Source of the DNA: an uncultured Verrucomicrobia subdivision 3 bacterium
GTDB lineage: Bacteria; Verrucomicrobiota; Verrucomicrobiia; Limisphaerales; UBA11358
Reading direction: 5' to 3'
DNA length: 64,000 bases
Assembly: GCA_903918885.1 (NCBI GenBank)
Contig: CAIXFY010000050.1
Span: 12,730 to 76,729, forward strand
Shown: positions 27,037 to 36,700 of the stretch, piece after piece
Layout of the letters: each line of letters opens with the position of its first letter
How positions within the stretch are numbered: position 1 is the first letter of the stretch
Translations under genes and position numbers: made by a program
The notes under the pieces: model-generated
Databases searched by the model: none
What the model was told of the DNA's origin: nothing
Seen by the model: the letters and a program-made list of their open reading frames with translations, nothing else

Positions 27037-27105
27037 ACTTTTTTAAATTATTTTGTCCTGCCGGACGGGCACCATGCGGACGGGGATGGAAATGCAGATA
27101 AAACC

Positions 27106-27830
27106 TGTAACGGCGGTCTATGACCGCCGGGGCGGGCGCAACGGGAAAAAACGGCGCTCACAGAGCGCCGCTACAAAAACGCAAACATTTTTGGCCACCG
27201 CGCAAGCCGCGAACCACGCGAACTATGCCGACAAGGAAAAATTATTTGTGCTTCGTTCGTGTATTTGGCGGGCAGTCGCGAAGCGACGATGGGAAATTAG
27301 CCAGACACGCAAGTGTCTGGTTGGGTGGTAAAAATATTTCGTCCTGAAAGGACGCGGGAACGGCGGGAACGAAAGGGCGGGCGAAGATTGCCACCGTCCC
27401 TTCAGGACGGATTCCATTTGCCGAGGTTTCCAGACACTGCGTGTCTGGCTAATTTCCGGTTGTCCCGCCGGGACGAAATCGGCGGCGGAAGATGCCGCTC
27501 CTACGGAGCTGATGACGTTGGGGGATGGATTGCTACAAAGATTCCGCGCCGACGGCGCTGGCGGCGGGAGCGCGGGCTTTAGCCCGCTTCAATGTCCATT
27601 GGCAGCGGGGTGGAAAAGTTCCGGCGGTTCGGCGTGCGGATGATGAAGCGTCTTGGAGTGCGCCGGCAGAGCGGGAGCGGCGACGGCGCTTTCGGGCGGA
27701 CGAAGGGGTGGATGAAATCGGAAACGTTCCGTGCGGGCGAAAGCGGTGTCGCGTGGTGCTTGCCACCGCAGTCCAAGACACGCTGACGCGTTGACCGAAA
27801 GCTCCCGAACCGCGCGAAGCGTCTTGGGCG
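27106..27830. repeat. Mosaic of several REP/MITE-like palindromic elements
   Basis: TGTAACGGCGGTCTATGACCGCCG / CGGCGCTCACAGAGCGCCGCTACA doublet; perfect 20-bp IR at 27292-27311 / 27438-27457; GCTCCTACGGAGC, GCGGGCTTTAGCCCGC, TCTTGGAGTGCG...CGCAGTCCAAGA hairpins. Confidence 0.7.
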
Positions 27831-27921
27831 GGCGGGCGACGGCAAAAAAAGACCGGACGAAGTTTACGACCTACCCCCACCTTTTTTTGTCGCACTACAA
27901 ATGTGAAACTAAACTGCTCAT

Positions 27922-29316
27922 TCATGGCTTGGCAAAACCGTGCAGAAAAGCATCAATCTGCTCACTATTTGTAGCCCACTGTCTTTCTATTTTTTGAAAT
28001 TCCGCCGATGTGTCCAAGCTGGTCGTGGATGCACCTGTCTGCCTGGGATATTTCTCGCGATAGTTTGCAATTCTCGCCAACCTCTGGTCTAGCATCGGTC
28101 GGTATTCATCTGGGAGCGACGACCTGTAACGCATTGCGTGTAGCACTTCCACATCAAGCATAAACTCCAGCTTGCGAATGGCGTTCGTCGTGTCGCCAGT
28201 TCGCAAATCCGCCAAAAGCATCCTGTCATCTGATAATGACAATAGCTGCAAAGCATATACCTCTTTCGAAGGCTCTGTGTTAGTGTTCAAATCGGGCGAA
28301 GGGTTTGAAACGTTCGCGAGTTGACTTCGTAAGTCTTGGTTGGTTTTGCTCAAAGCATCCACCTTGTTCCTCAACAATCCGAACTCGCCGCGTAATTTTA
28401 ACAGCTCCAAATTGTTCTTCTCATTCTTCGCCAGTTCTTCCTTCAGCCAAGCAATCATGTTCGTGTCTTTGTCATATTGCGCGGTCATTGGCGCTTGCTG
28501 TTGCTGGAGCGCCCGCACTTCGGCGCGGGCTTGGGCGGCTTCTTTGGCCTGGTAAATCCCCACGCCCACGCTCACGGTCAGCGCGGCGGTCACGGCAATT
28601 TTTTGAAGGGTGGTCATAATTAAAGCGGCGGTGGCGGTGGTTCCGGCAATGGTTGCGGCGGCGGCAGCAATGGTGGCGGCCAGTCCCGCAGGCGCGGCGG
28701 TCACGGCATTGGCGGTCACGGCGCCGGCAATCACTGTGGCGGTGAGTGTCACACCGGCTTTGCCCAGCTTGGCGCGGAGTTTGTCCAGCGCGCGGGTCAC
28801 GCGTTTCTGCGCGGCATCGGCGCCCAGGCCCAGGGCGGCGCCCACTTCTTCCAGCGGGCGTTGCTGGTAAATGCGCAGCACAATGGCGGCGCGGTCGGCC
28901 TCGCCCAGTTGCGCCACGGCGGCATCCAGCAACGGCGCAATCTGCGGCCACGCCGCCGCCGCTTCGCGTTCGTGCGCGGCATCCGCACCGGCGGGATTGA
29001 GGTTGGATTCCATGTAGGCTTGGTGTTCGCGTTGCTGGCGGCGGCGTTCGGTCTTCAACGCATCGCGCGCGGCAAAGTGCGCGGTGCGGCAGAGCCAGCC
29101 GGGCAAGACAGTCTCTGCACTCAATTTGCCCGCCTTGCGCGCGAGGATGATGAAGACGGCTTGGGTGATTTCCTCGGCCAGATGCGCGTCGCCCACCTGC
29201 CGCATCGCCGCCGAATGGACGAGCGCCACATGGCGTTCCACGAGCTGCGCAAAGGCGGCCTCGGACTGGCGGGCGGCGAATTCGGCGAGCAGTTCGGCAT
29301 CGGTCGGTGATTGCAT
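27922..29316 (-). CDS. ECF sigma-70 factor with long C-terminal extension (Ala-rich linker, TM, coiled coil)
   Basis: [42 protein letters not shown]; start may be 29325. Confidence 0.9.
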   Translation of the reverse strand: MQSPTDAELLAEFAARQSEAAFAQLVERHVALVHSAAMRQVGDAHLAEEITQAVFIILARKAGKLSAETVLPGWLCRTAHFAARDALKTERRRQQREHQAYMESNLNPAGADAAHEREAAAAWPQIAPLLDAAVAQLGEADRAAIVLRIYQQRPLEEVGAALGLGADAAQKRVTRALDKLRAKLGKAGVTLTATVIAGAVTANAVTAAPAGLAATIAAAAATIAGTTATAALIMTTLQKIAVTAALTVSVGVGIYQAKEAAQARAEVRALQQQQAPMTAQYDKDTNMIAWLKEELAKNEKNNLELLKLRGEFGLLRNKVDALSKTNQDLRSQLANVSNPSPDLNTNTEPSKEVYALQLLSLSDDRMLLADLRTGDTTNAIRKLEFMLDVEVLHAMRYRSSLPDEYRPMLDQRLARIANYREKYPRQTGASTTSLDTSAEFQKIERQWATNSEQIDAFLHGFAKP

Positions 29317-29317
29317 C

Positions 29318-29355
29318 TCACCCATTAAACGGACGCCGGAACGAAATTCCGACAA
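29318..29355 (-). promoter_or_regulatory. Putative ECF autoregulatory promoter
   Basis: TTGTCGGAATTTCGTTCCGGCGTCCGTTTAATGGGTGA immediately before the ATG. Confidence 0.7.
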
Positions 29356-29393
29356 GAAAGTTGGGAAAAATGTATTCGGCTTTTACAAGTGTG

Positions 29394-29456
29394 TCCGCAG
29401 ATTTCACAGATTCACGCCGATTTTATCTGCGAAAATCCGCGTCATCTGCGGATAAA
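29394..29456. repeat. CCGCAGAT...ATCTGCGG palindromic repeat, copy 2
   Basis: TCCGCAGATTTCACAGATTCACGCCGATT...ATCTGCGAAAATCCGCGTCATCTGCGGATAAA. Confidence 0.8.
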
Positions 29457-29521
29457 ACCCAGGCGGGGTTTGTGAAGGGCGTAGTCCCAAAGCAAAGTGG
29501 GATTATGCCTTTGACAAGTCT

Positions 29522-29633
29522 TTCTCCCTCTCCTCCCTTAAAGGAGGAGAGGGTCGGGGTGAGGAGCCCAAGCTTCGTTCAAATGGAACTCCCCTCACCC
29601 CAACCCTCTCCCCGTTTGAGCGGGGAGAGGGAG
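29522..29633. repeat. CCCTCTCC-type REP doublet
   Basis: CCCTCTCCTCC..GGAGGAGAGGGTCGGGGTGAGG paired with CCCCTCACCCCAACCCTCTCCCCG..CGGGGAGAGGGAG. Confidence 0.75.
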
Positions 29634-29698
29634 TTGAAGCCGCCGTCCCTTGGTGAGCTTGTCAAAGGCCTAATCCCGAAGAAAAGTGCGTTTGGCTT

Positions 29699-30916
29699 TC
29701 AACGCAAAAACATTTCCGCCGCCGCGTCGGCGAAGCGCAGGCCTTGATGCGTGAGGTGAAATTTTTCTGAGTTGCGCTTGGCCCAACCGCGTTCTTCCAG
29801 TTGCTGCATTTCAGAACTCCACTCGTTTCGCAGATCAAAGCCGGTGGTGCGCTGGAAGTCGGCAAACGGCCAACCCGCATTCATGCGCAAACCGAAGGCG
29901 GCGATTTCTCCCGCGCGGCGCAACGGTGAAAGTTCCTCGCTGGATTCGATGGCGCGTTTACCTTTTTCCAATTGATCGCAATAGAGCGGCGTGTTCGACC
30001 AGTTTTTTGTCCGCACCCCGCGCACATAGCCGGTGGCGCTGGGGCCGAGGCCGTGATAATCGCCGCCGCGCCAGTAGTTGATGTTGTGTTTGCAGGCGCG
30101 GCTGGGAATGTCCAAAGTCCGATGTCCAAAGTCCAAAGTCGCGGATGCGTTGACCTTGGAGTTTGGGCTTTGGACTTTGGACTCATTTCGCGCAAAGTTG
30201 GCGATCTCGTATTGGTGAAAGCCACCGCTAGCGGAGGTTGAAATCAGTTCCTCATACATTTCACAGGCCAGATCTTCGTTCACGGAAAATTCACCGGCCT
30301 TGAGCTGTTCGTAGAGCGGGGTGTCGTCTTCGTAAATGACTTCGTAGCTGGAGAGGTGTTCGCTCTGCATCGCCATGGCTTCGTGTAAAGTTGCGCGCCA
30401 GATGTCCATGGTCTGCGTGGGAATGGCGAACATCAAATCGAGGTTGATGTTGGCAAAACCGGCGGCGCGCAGAATGTCGAAAGATTTGAAAACTTGTTCG
30501 CGCGAATGGACGCGGCCGAGTCGGTCGAGCAGTCGCTCGTCGAGCGATTGCACGCCCATCGAGATGCGATTGACGCCGAAGTCGCGGAGCAACTTTGATT
30601 TATCCGCCGAGACGGTGGCGGGATTGCTTTCGATGGTGAATTCTTCCGCGCCGAGCAAATTGAGTTTTTCCATCGCGCGCAAAATGGTTTCCCACTGGCG
30701 CAAGTTCAGCAACGACGGCGTGCCGCCACCGAAGAAAATCGTTTTGGGTTTAAGATCGCTGGCGACGATTTCGAGTTCGCGGACGAGGGCAGCGGTGTAG
30801 CGGTTGATGAGTTCGCCGGAAGAAGCTTCGGAATAAAAGGCGCAGTATTCGCATTTCTGCGCGCAAAACGGAACATGGATGTAGAGACTGGTGACGGGTG
30901 ATGACGACAATTCCAT
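29699..30916 (-). CDS. hemW: Radical SAM heme chaperone HemW (HemN-like)
   Basis: YIHVPFCAQKCEYCAF, FGGGTPS, RISMGVQS, YEIANFA, HNINYW. Confidence 0.92.
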   Translation of the reverse strand: MELSSSPVTSLYIHVPFCAQKCEYCAFYSEASSGELINRYTAALVRELEIVASDLKPKTIFFGGGTPSLLNLRQWETILRAMEKLNLLGAEEFTIESNPATVSADKSKLLRDFGVNRISMGVQSLDERLLDRLGRVHSREQVFKSFDILRAAGFANINLDLMFAIPTQTMDIWRATLHEAMAMQSEHLSSYEVIYEDDTPLYEQLKAGEFSVNEDLACEMYEELISTSASGGFHQYEIANFARNESKVQSPNSKVNASATLDFGHRTLDIPSRACKHNINYWRGGDYHGLGPSATGYVRGVRTKNWSNTPLYCDQLEKGKRAIESSEELSPLRRAGEIAAFGLRMNAGWPFADFQRTTGFDLRNEWSSEMQQLEERGWAKRNSEKFHLTHQGLRFADAAAEMFLR

Positions 30917-30970
30917 TGCGGCTTCAGGTTAGCGGAGCCACGGGCGCGCGAGAATGAAATTCGCCGGCGG

Positions 30971-31177
30971 TTAGGCGCCGGCGCGCTGGACGTTTTGGGC
31001 CTTGAGGCCCTTGTCGCCCGGCTGGATTTCGAAGGTGACGGGCTCGCCTTCTTCGAGGGTTTTATAGCCTTCGCCGATGATGGAGGTGTGATGCACGAAC
31101 ACATCTTGTCCGCCGTCCTCGGCGATGAAGCCGAAGCCCTTTTTGTTGTCGAACCACTTGACTTTGCCGCTGGCCAT
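30971..31177 (-). CDS. Cold-shock protein
   Basis: GKVKWF, KGFGFI, DVFVH. Confidence 0.97.
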   Translation of the reverse strand: MASGKVKWFDNKKGFGFIAEDGGQDVFVHHTSIIGEGYKTLEEGEPVTFEIQPGDKGLKAQNVQRAGA

Positions 31178-31331
31178 AACTGCGCTCCTGATTGGCGAGA
31201 CCGGGCGAAAGTGAAACGGACACGGCTGGTTCAGCCGTGTCCGTGAAACATCACTATGCCAATAATTTCATGCCTCGCGTGTTGTAGGGCGACTATGAGA
31301 CTGCTTTATGCGGCAGTCAACAAAAAATTAT

Positions 31332-31700
31332 TCATTCGACATGCAGCACTTGATCAATCAACGCCGGCAGATGCGTGGCCAAGCCGGAATCCGCGATGGT
31401 GAGATGTGCGCCCGCTTGCTGCGCGGCGGCGAGCAGTTCCGGTTTTTCGTCCGGCGCAAAGGCGATGACTGGCACATGATTCGTGGTGGCATCCGTGCGA
31501 ATTTTTTCAATGGCGGCGGTGATTTCGCCGCGGGCGGCCATGTCTATCAGAACCAACAGCGGAGTTTCGCGCTTCACGGTCGCGGCAAGCTGCGCGGGAT
31601 TATTGAGCGTGAGCACGCGATAATTCAAATCCTGCAAGCGGTTCACCAACTGGCTGCCGGGCATGAGCCGTTCGTAAAAAACAATCGCGAGCGGTTGCAT
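31332..31700 (-). CDS. Atypical receiver-domain protein
   Basis: CheY-like fold pattern (LVLID, VPVIAF, AQQAGA) but lacks the acidic pair and conserved Lys. Confidence 0.65.
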   Translation of the reverse strand: MQPLAIVFYERLMPGSQLVNRLQDLNYRVLTLNNPAQLAATVKRETPLLVLIDMAARGEITAAIEKIRTDATTNHVPVIAFAPDEKPELLAAAQQAGAHLTIADSGLATHLPALIDQVLHVE

Positions 31701-31703
31701 GAA

Positions 31704-33188
31704 TCAGGGCAAATCCGTTTTGCCCATCAGAAAACGGTCGCACTCGCGCGCCGCGCCGCGGCCTTCGTTGAACGCCCAGACCACGAGGCTCTGGCCGCGA
31801 CGGCAATCGCCGCAGGCAAAGATTTTCGGATTGTTCGTCTTATATTTCTCGAAGTCCGCCTTCGCATTGCTGCGCGGGTCGCGTTCGATGCCGAGCGTTT
31901 CGAGCAACGGCTGTTCTGGTCCGAGGAAGCCCATCGCGAGCAAGACGAGTTGCGCGGGTAAAACTTTTTCCGTTCCAGCGATTTTTTGCGGGCCGAAGTT
32001 GCCCTTGTCGTCTTTCTTCCATTCTACCTGAATGGTGTGAACGGCTTTGACCTGACCATTCGCGTCGCCTTCAAATTTCGTGGCGGTGGTGAGATAGGTG
32101 CGGGGATCCGCGCCGAACTTGGCAGCGGCTTCTTCCTGACCGTAGTCCACCTTGAGCGTCTTCGGCCATTCGGGCCACGGATTATCCTTGGCGCGCTCCA
32201 GCGGCGGCTGGGCCATGATTTCCAACTGCACGATGCTCTGGCAACCGTGGCGGATGGATGTGCCAACGCAGTCGGTGCCGGTGTCGCCGCCACCAATGAC
32301 GACAACATTTTTGCCGTCGGCAGTGATGTTCGCGCCGGGCTTAGCGCCATCGAGCAAATTCTTGGTGTTCGCGGTGAGAAATTCCATCGCGAGATGAATG
32401 CCTTTCAATTCGCGGCCGGGAATCGGCAAATCGCGGCCTTTGGTCGCGCCGGTGGCGAGAATGACGGCATCAAAATCTTTCTGCAGCTTTTCCACCGGAA
32501 GATTTTTTCCGACTTCCGTGTTGCAGACAAACTTCACGCCTTCTTTTTCCAGCAAGGCAAGACGGCGCAGCACGACTTCTTTTTTATCGAGCTTCATGTT
32601 GGGGATGCCATACATGAGCAAACCGCCGGGGCGATCGGCGCGTTCGAAGACGGTGACTTCGTGGCCAGCCTTGTTCAATTGCGCGGCGGCGGAAAGTCCG
32701 GCGGGACCGGAACCGACGACAGCCACCTTTTTGCCGCTGCGCTTCTTGGGTGGCTCCGGTGTGACCCAGCCATTTTCCCAGCCGTGGTCAATAATGCTGA
32801 CCTCGATGTTTTTGATGGTGACGGCGGGATCTTTCATGCCCAGCACGCAGGAACCTTCGCACGGGGCAGGGCACACGCGGCCGGTGAACTCTGGAAAATT
32901 ATTCGTCTTGTGCAGGCGGTCGAGCGCCTCGCGCCACAGGCCGCGATAGACGAGGTCATTCCACTCGGGAATAAGATTGTGAATCGGACAGCCGCTGGCC
33001 ATGCCGCTGACGAGCTGGCCGGTGTGGCAGAATGGAATGCCGCAATCCATGCAGCGCGCGCCCTGCTTTTTCAGGTCGGCCTCGGATTGGTGCAGGTGAA
33101 TCTCCTTCCAATCCGCGATGCGCGTGAGCGGCGAGCGGTCGGCAGGCAGTTCGCGTTTGAACTCTAAAAATCCAGTTGGTTTTCCCAT
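31704..33188 (-). CDS. gltD: Glutamate synthase small subunit
   Basis: [34 protein letters not shown]. Confidence 0.97.
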   Translation of the reverse strand: MGKPTGFLEFKRELPADRSPLTRIADWKEIHLHQSEADLKKQGARCMDCGIPFCHTGQLVSGMASGCPIHNLIPEWNDLVYRGLWREALDRLHKTNNFPEFTGRVCPAPCEGSCVLGMKDPAVTIKNIEVSIIDHGWENGWVTPEPPKKRSGKKVAVVGSGPAGLSAAAQLNKAGHEVTVFERADRPGGLLMYGIPNMKLDKKEVVLRRLALLEKEGVKFVCNTEVGKNLPVEKLQKDFDAVILATGATKGRDLPIPGRELKGIHLAMEFLTANTKNLLDGAKPGANITADGKNVVVIGGGDTGTDCVGTSIRHGCQSIVQLEIMAQPPLERAKDNPWPEWPKTLKVDYGQEEAAAKFGADPRTYLTTATKFEGDANGQVKAVHTIQVEWKKDDKGNFGPQKIAGTEKVLPAQLVLLAMGFLGPEQPLLETLGIERDPRSNAKADFEKYKTNNPKIFACGDCRRGQSLVVWAFNEGRGAARECDRFLMGKTDLP

Positions 33189-33196
33189 AGTAAAAA

Positions 33197-33622
33197 TTAA
33201 TTTTCTTCCGCAGATTTCGCGGATTCACGCAGATTAAAAACACGGCGTTTATACTCCAGACTCGGAGCGCCGAAATTAATCAAGAGCGCACGTTGTATTC
33301 CGGTTGCTTTCATTTCGTTGATGACCTGCGCCTCATCCGCGCCGGTCAGCTGGCTGATGGCTTTCAATTCCACCAGCACATTTTCATAACAGACAAAATC
33401 TGCGCGATAACTACAGATCAATTTCTCACCTTTGTAAACCACCGGCAACGGCACTTCACGTTGGAACGGAATTTTTCGGATTGTCAGCTCAATCGCCAGT
33501 GCTTCCTGATAAACCGCTTCCAAAAATCCGTGGCCAAGTTCGCGGTGAACTTCCATCGCCGCCCCGATGATCGCAAACGTTTCCGGGTCGCGCTGGCTAT
33601 TTTTATCGTCCGCAGATTTCAC
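33197..33622 (-). CDS. GxxExxY protein (PD-(D/E)XK-like nuclease family)
   Basis: [40 protein letters not shown]. Confidence 0.9.
   Translation of the reverse strand: MKSADDKNSQRDPETFAIIGAAMEVHRELGHGFLEAVYQEALAIELTIRKIPFQREVPLPVVYKGEKLICSYRADFVCYENVLVELKAISQLTGADEAQVINEMKATGIQRALLINFGAPSLEYKRRVFNLRESAKSAEEN
33207..33241. repeat. Half copy of CCGCAGAT repeat overlapping the GxxExxY 3' end
   Basis: 32/35 identical to 33609-33643. Confidence 0.8.
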
Positions 33623-33708
33623 AGATTTACGCAGATTAAAAACTGCTTCATTTAATCAATTGTTTTTGTTCCAAAAAATCTGCGTTAATCAGCGCAATCT
33701 GCGGATAA
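33609..33708. repeat. CCGCAGAT...ATCTGCGG palindromic repeat, copy 3, overlapping the GxxExxY start
   Basis: TCCGCAGATTTCACAGATTTACGCAGATT...AATCTGCGTTAATCAGCGCAATCTGCGGATAAA. Confidence 0.8.
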
Positions 33709-33713
33709 ATAAA

Positions 33714-36700
33714 TCAATGTCCACCTTTCACGTTCTCCTCGAACGCGGCCATGACGGCTTCGTCGCCGGTCAGACCTTGCGACTGCACTTTTTTGAGCGA
33801 CAGCAACACGCGTTTGAAATCCTGCGGCATGACTTTGACGAACTTCGGAATAAAGTTTTTCCAGTCGGCCAGAATCATCGCCGCGCGTTCGCTCTTAGTA
33901 TAAGCCTGATGACGTTGAATTAGTTTCCAGACTTCTTCAATCTCGTCGGCGTCTTCGAGTTTTTCGAGGGCGACAAGCTCCATGTTGCAGCGACCGGCAA
34001 AATCTCCAGCCTCATCCAGCACGTAGGCGATGCCGCCGCTCATGCCGGCGGCAAAGTTGCGCCCGGACTTGCCGAGAATCACGACGCGGCCGCCGGTCAT
34101 GTATTCACAGCCGTGATCGCCCACACCTTCGACAACGGCGTTGACGCCGGAGTTGCGAACGGCAAACCGTTCGCCGGCCACGCCGCGCACAAAAATTTCA
34201 CCCGCCGTCGCGCCGTAAAGCGCCACGTTGCCGATGATGATGTTGTCTTCCGCGACGAAGGTGGAACCTTTCGGCGGATAGACGATGAGTTTGCCGCCGC
34301 TCAAGCCTTTGCCGAAATAATCGTTCGCATCGCCTTCGAGTTCGTGCGTCATACCGCGCGGCATGAACGCGCCAAAACTTTGACCGGCGCTGCCGTTGAA
34401 TTTCAATTGCACCGTGTCTTCCGGCAAGCCGGCGGGGCCGTGTTTCTTCGTGATTTCGCTGCCGACAATCGTGCCGACGACGCGGTTCACGTTGATGATC
34501 GGCATTTCGGCCTTCACCTTTTCGCCGCGTTCAATGGCCGGTTTGCATATCTCCAAAAGCTTCGTTACGTCCAAAGATTTTTCCAAGCCGTGATCCTGAT
34601 CTTGCTGACGGTAGCGCCCCACATCCGCGCCCATGTCGGGGCGGTGCAGAATCGGCGTGAGGTCGAGGCCGTTGGCTTTCCAATGTTCGATGGCTTTCCA
34701 CGGAATCAATTTATCCGTGCGGCCAACCATGTCTTCGAGCTTGCGGAAACCGAGCTTGGCCATGATCTCGCGAAGTTCCATCGCGATGAAGCGCATGAAA
34801 TTCACGACGTGATCCGCCTCGCCGGTGAAGCGCTTGCGCAGGCGCGGGTCTTGCGTGGCGACGCCGACGGGGCAGGTGTTCAGATGGCAGACGCGCATCA
34901 TGATGCAACCCATCACGACGAGCGGGGCGGTGGCGAAACCAAATTCTTCCGCGCCGAGCAATGCGGCAATCGCCACGTCGCGGCCGGTCTTCAATTGGCC
35001 GTCCGCTTCAACGTAGATGCGGCTGCGCAGATTGTTCAACACGAGTGTCTGGTGCGCCTCGGCCAAGCCGAGTTCCCACGGCCCGCCCGCGTGCTTGATG
35101 GACGAGAGCGGGGAAGCGCCCGTGCCACCGTCGTGACCGGAAATTAACACGACATCCGCGTGCGCTTTCGCGACGCCGGCGGCAATCGTGCCGACGCCGA
35201 CTTCGGCGACGAGCTTGACGCTGACGCGCGCGTTGCGGTTGGCGTTCTTCAAATCGTGGATCAGCTCCGCCAAATCTTCGATGGAATAAATGTCGTGATG
35301 CGGCGGCGGCGAAATCAAACCGACGCCGGCGGTGGTGCCGCGCGTTTTGGCGATTTCCGGGAATACTTTTTTGCCGGGCAATTCGCCGCCTTCGCCGGGC
35401 TTCGCGCCCTGCGCCATCTTGATCTGAATTTCCCTGGCGTTGACGAGGTAATGACTCGTGACCCCGAAGCGTCCGCTGGCGACCTGCTTGATGGCGGAGT
35501 TTTTCGAGTCGCCCTTTTCGTTCGTCCAAGTATAGCGCGCCGGATCTTCGCCGCCTTCGCCGGTGTTGCTGCGGCCGCCGAGGCGGTTCATCGCGACGGC
35601 CAGCGTCTCGTGCGCTTCCTTGCTGATGGAGCCATAGCTCATCGCGCCGGTCTTGAACCGCTTGACGATGCTTTCGACGGATTCCACTTCTTCGAGCGGA
35701 ATTGCATTTTCAAATTTGAAATCCAGCAATCCGCGCAAGGTGCAAAGCGACTTCGCGCGATCGTTGATGATGTCGGCGTATTCGCGGTAAATCTTTTCGC
35801 TGCCGAGCCGGCACGCGGTTTGCAGCTTGTGAATCGTCTGCGGATTGAACAAATGCTGTTCGCCGCCGTCGCGCCATTGATACTGGCCACCGGCTTCGAG
35901 TTCGGGATTGACCGGCACGGGCGGAAACGCCCGGCGATGGCGCGTAAGCGCTTCTTCGGCGATGACATCAAGGCCGATGCCCTGAATGCGCGTCGGCGTC
36001 CAGGTGAAATATTTTTCCACGAGTTCGCTGTTGAGTCCGACGGCTTCAAAAATCTGCGCGCCGCGATAACTTTGCACGGTCGAGATGCCCATCTTGGCCA
36101 TCGTTTTGACGACGCCCTTGATTGCGGCCTTGATGTATTTTTTTACCGCCGTCTTGTGGTCGAGGCCGGGCAGCATGCCTTCGCGAATCAAATCGTCCAG
36201 CGTTTCGTAGGCGAGATACGGATTGATGGCGCTGCAGCCGTAGCCGATGAGTAGGGCAAAATGATGCACCTCGCGCGGTTCGCCGGATTCCAGCACGAGG
36301 CCGGTGCGGCCGCGCGTGCCGGTGCGGATGAGATGATGATGCAAACCCGCCATCGCGAGCAGCGCAGGAATCGGTGCCATCTCCGGCGAAACGCCGCGGT
36401 CGGACAAAATCAAAATGTTCGCGCCGTCGCGGATTGCCTCGTCAGCGGCGGTGAACAATTTTTCCAGCGCGGCATCAAGGCCTTTCACGCCATCGGCGGC
36501 GGCGAACAAAATCGGCAGCGTCTCGGATTTGAAACCGGCGCGGTCAATGAAACGCAGCTTGTCCAATTCTTCATTGGTCAGAATGGGTTGTTCGAGGCGA
36601 ATCAGCGCGCAACTTTCCGGACCGGGATTCAGCAGGCCGCCGCGCGATCCGACCATCGTGTGCGTGGCGGTGACGATTTCCTCGCGAATCGGATCAATCG

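Noticed and set aside
26180-27860. Possible CRISPR array
   Set aside because: No identical direct repeats with unique spacers and no cas genes
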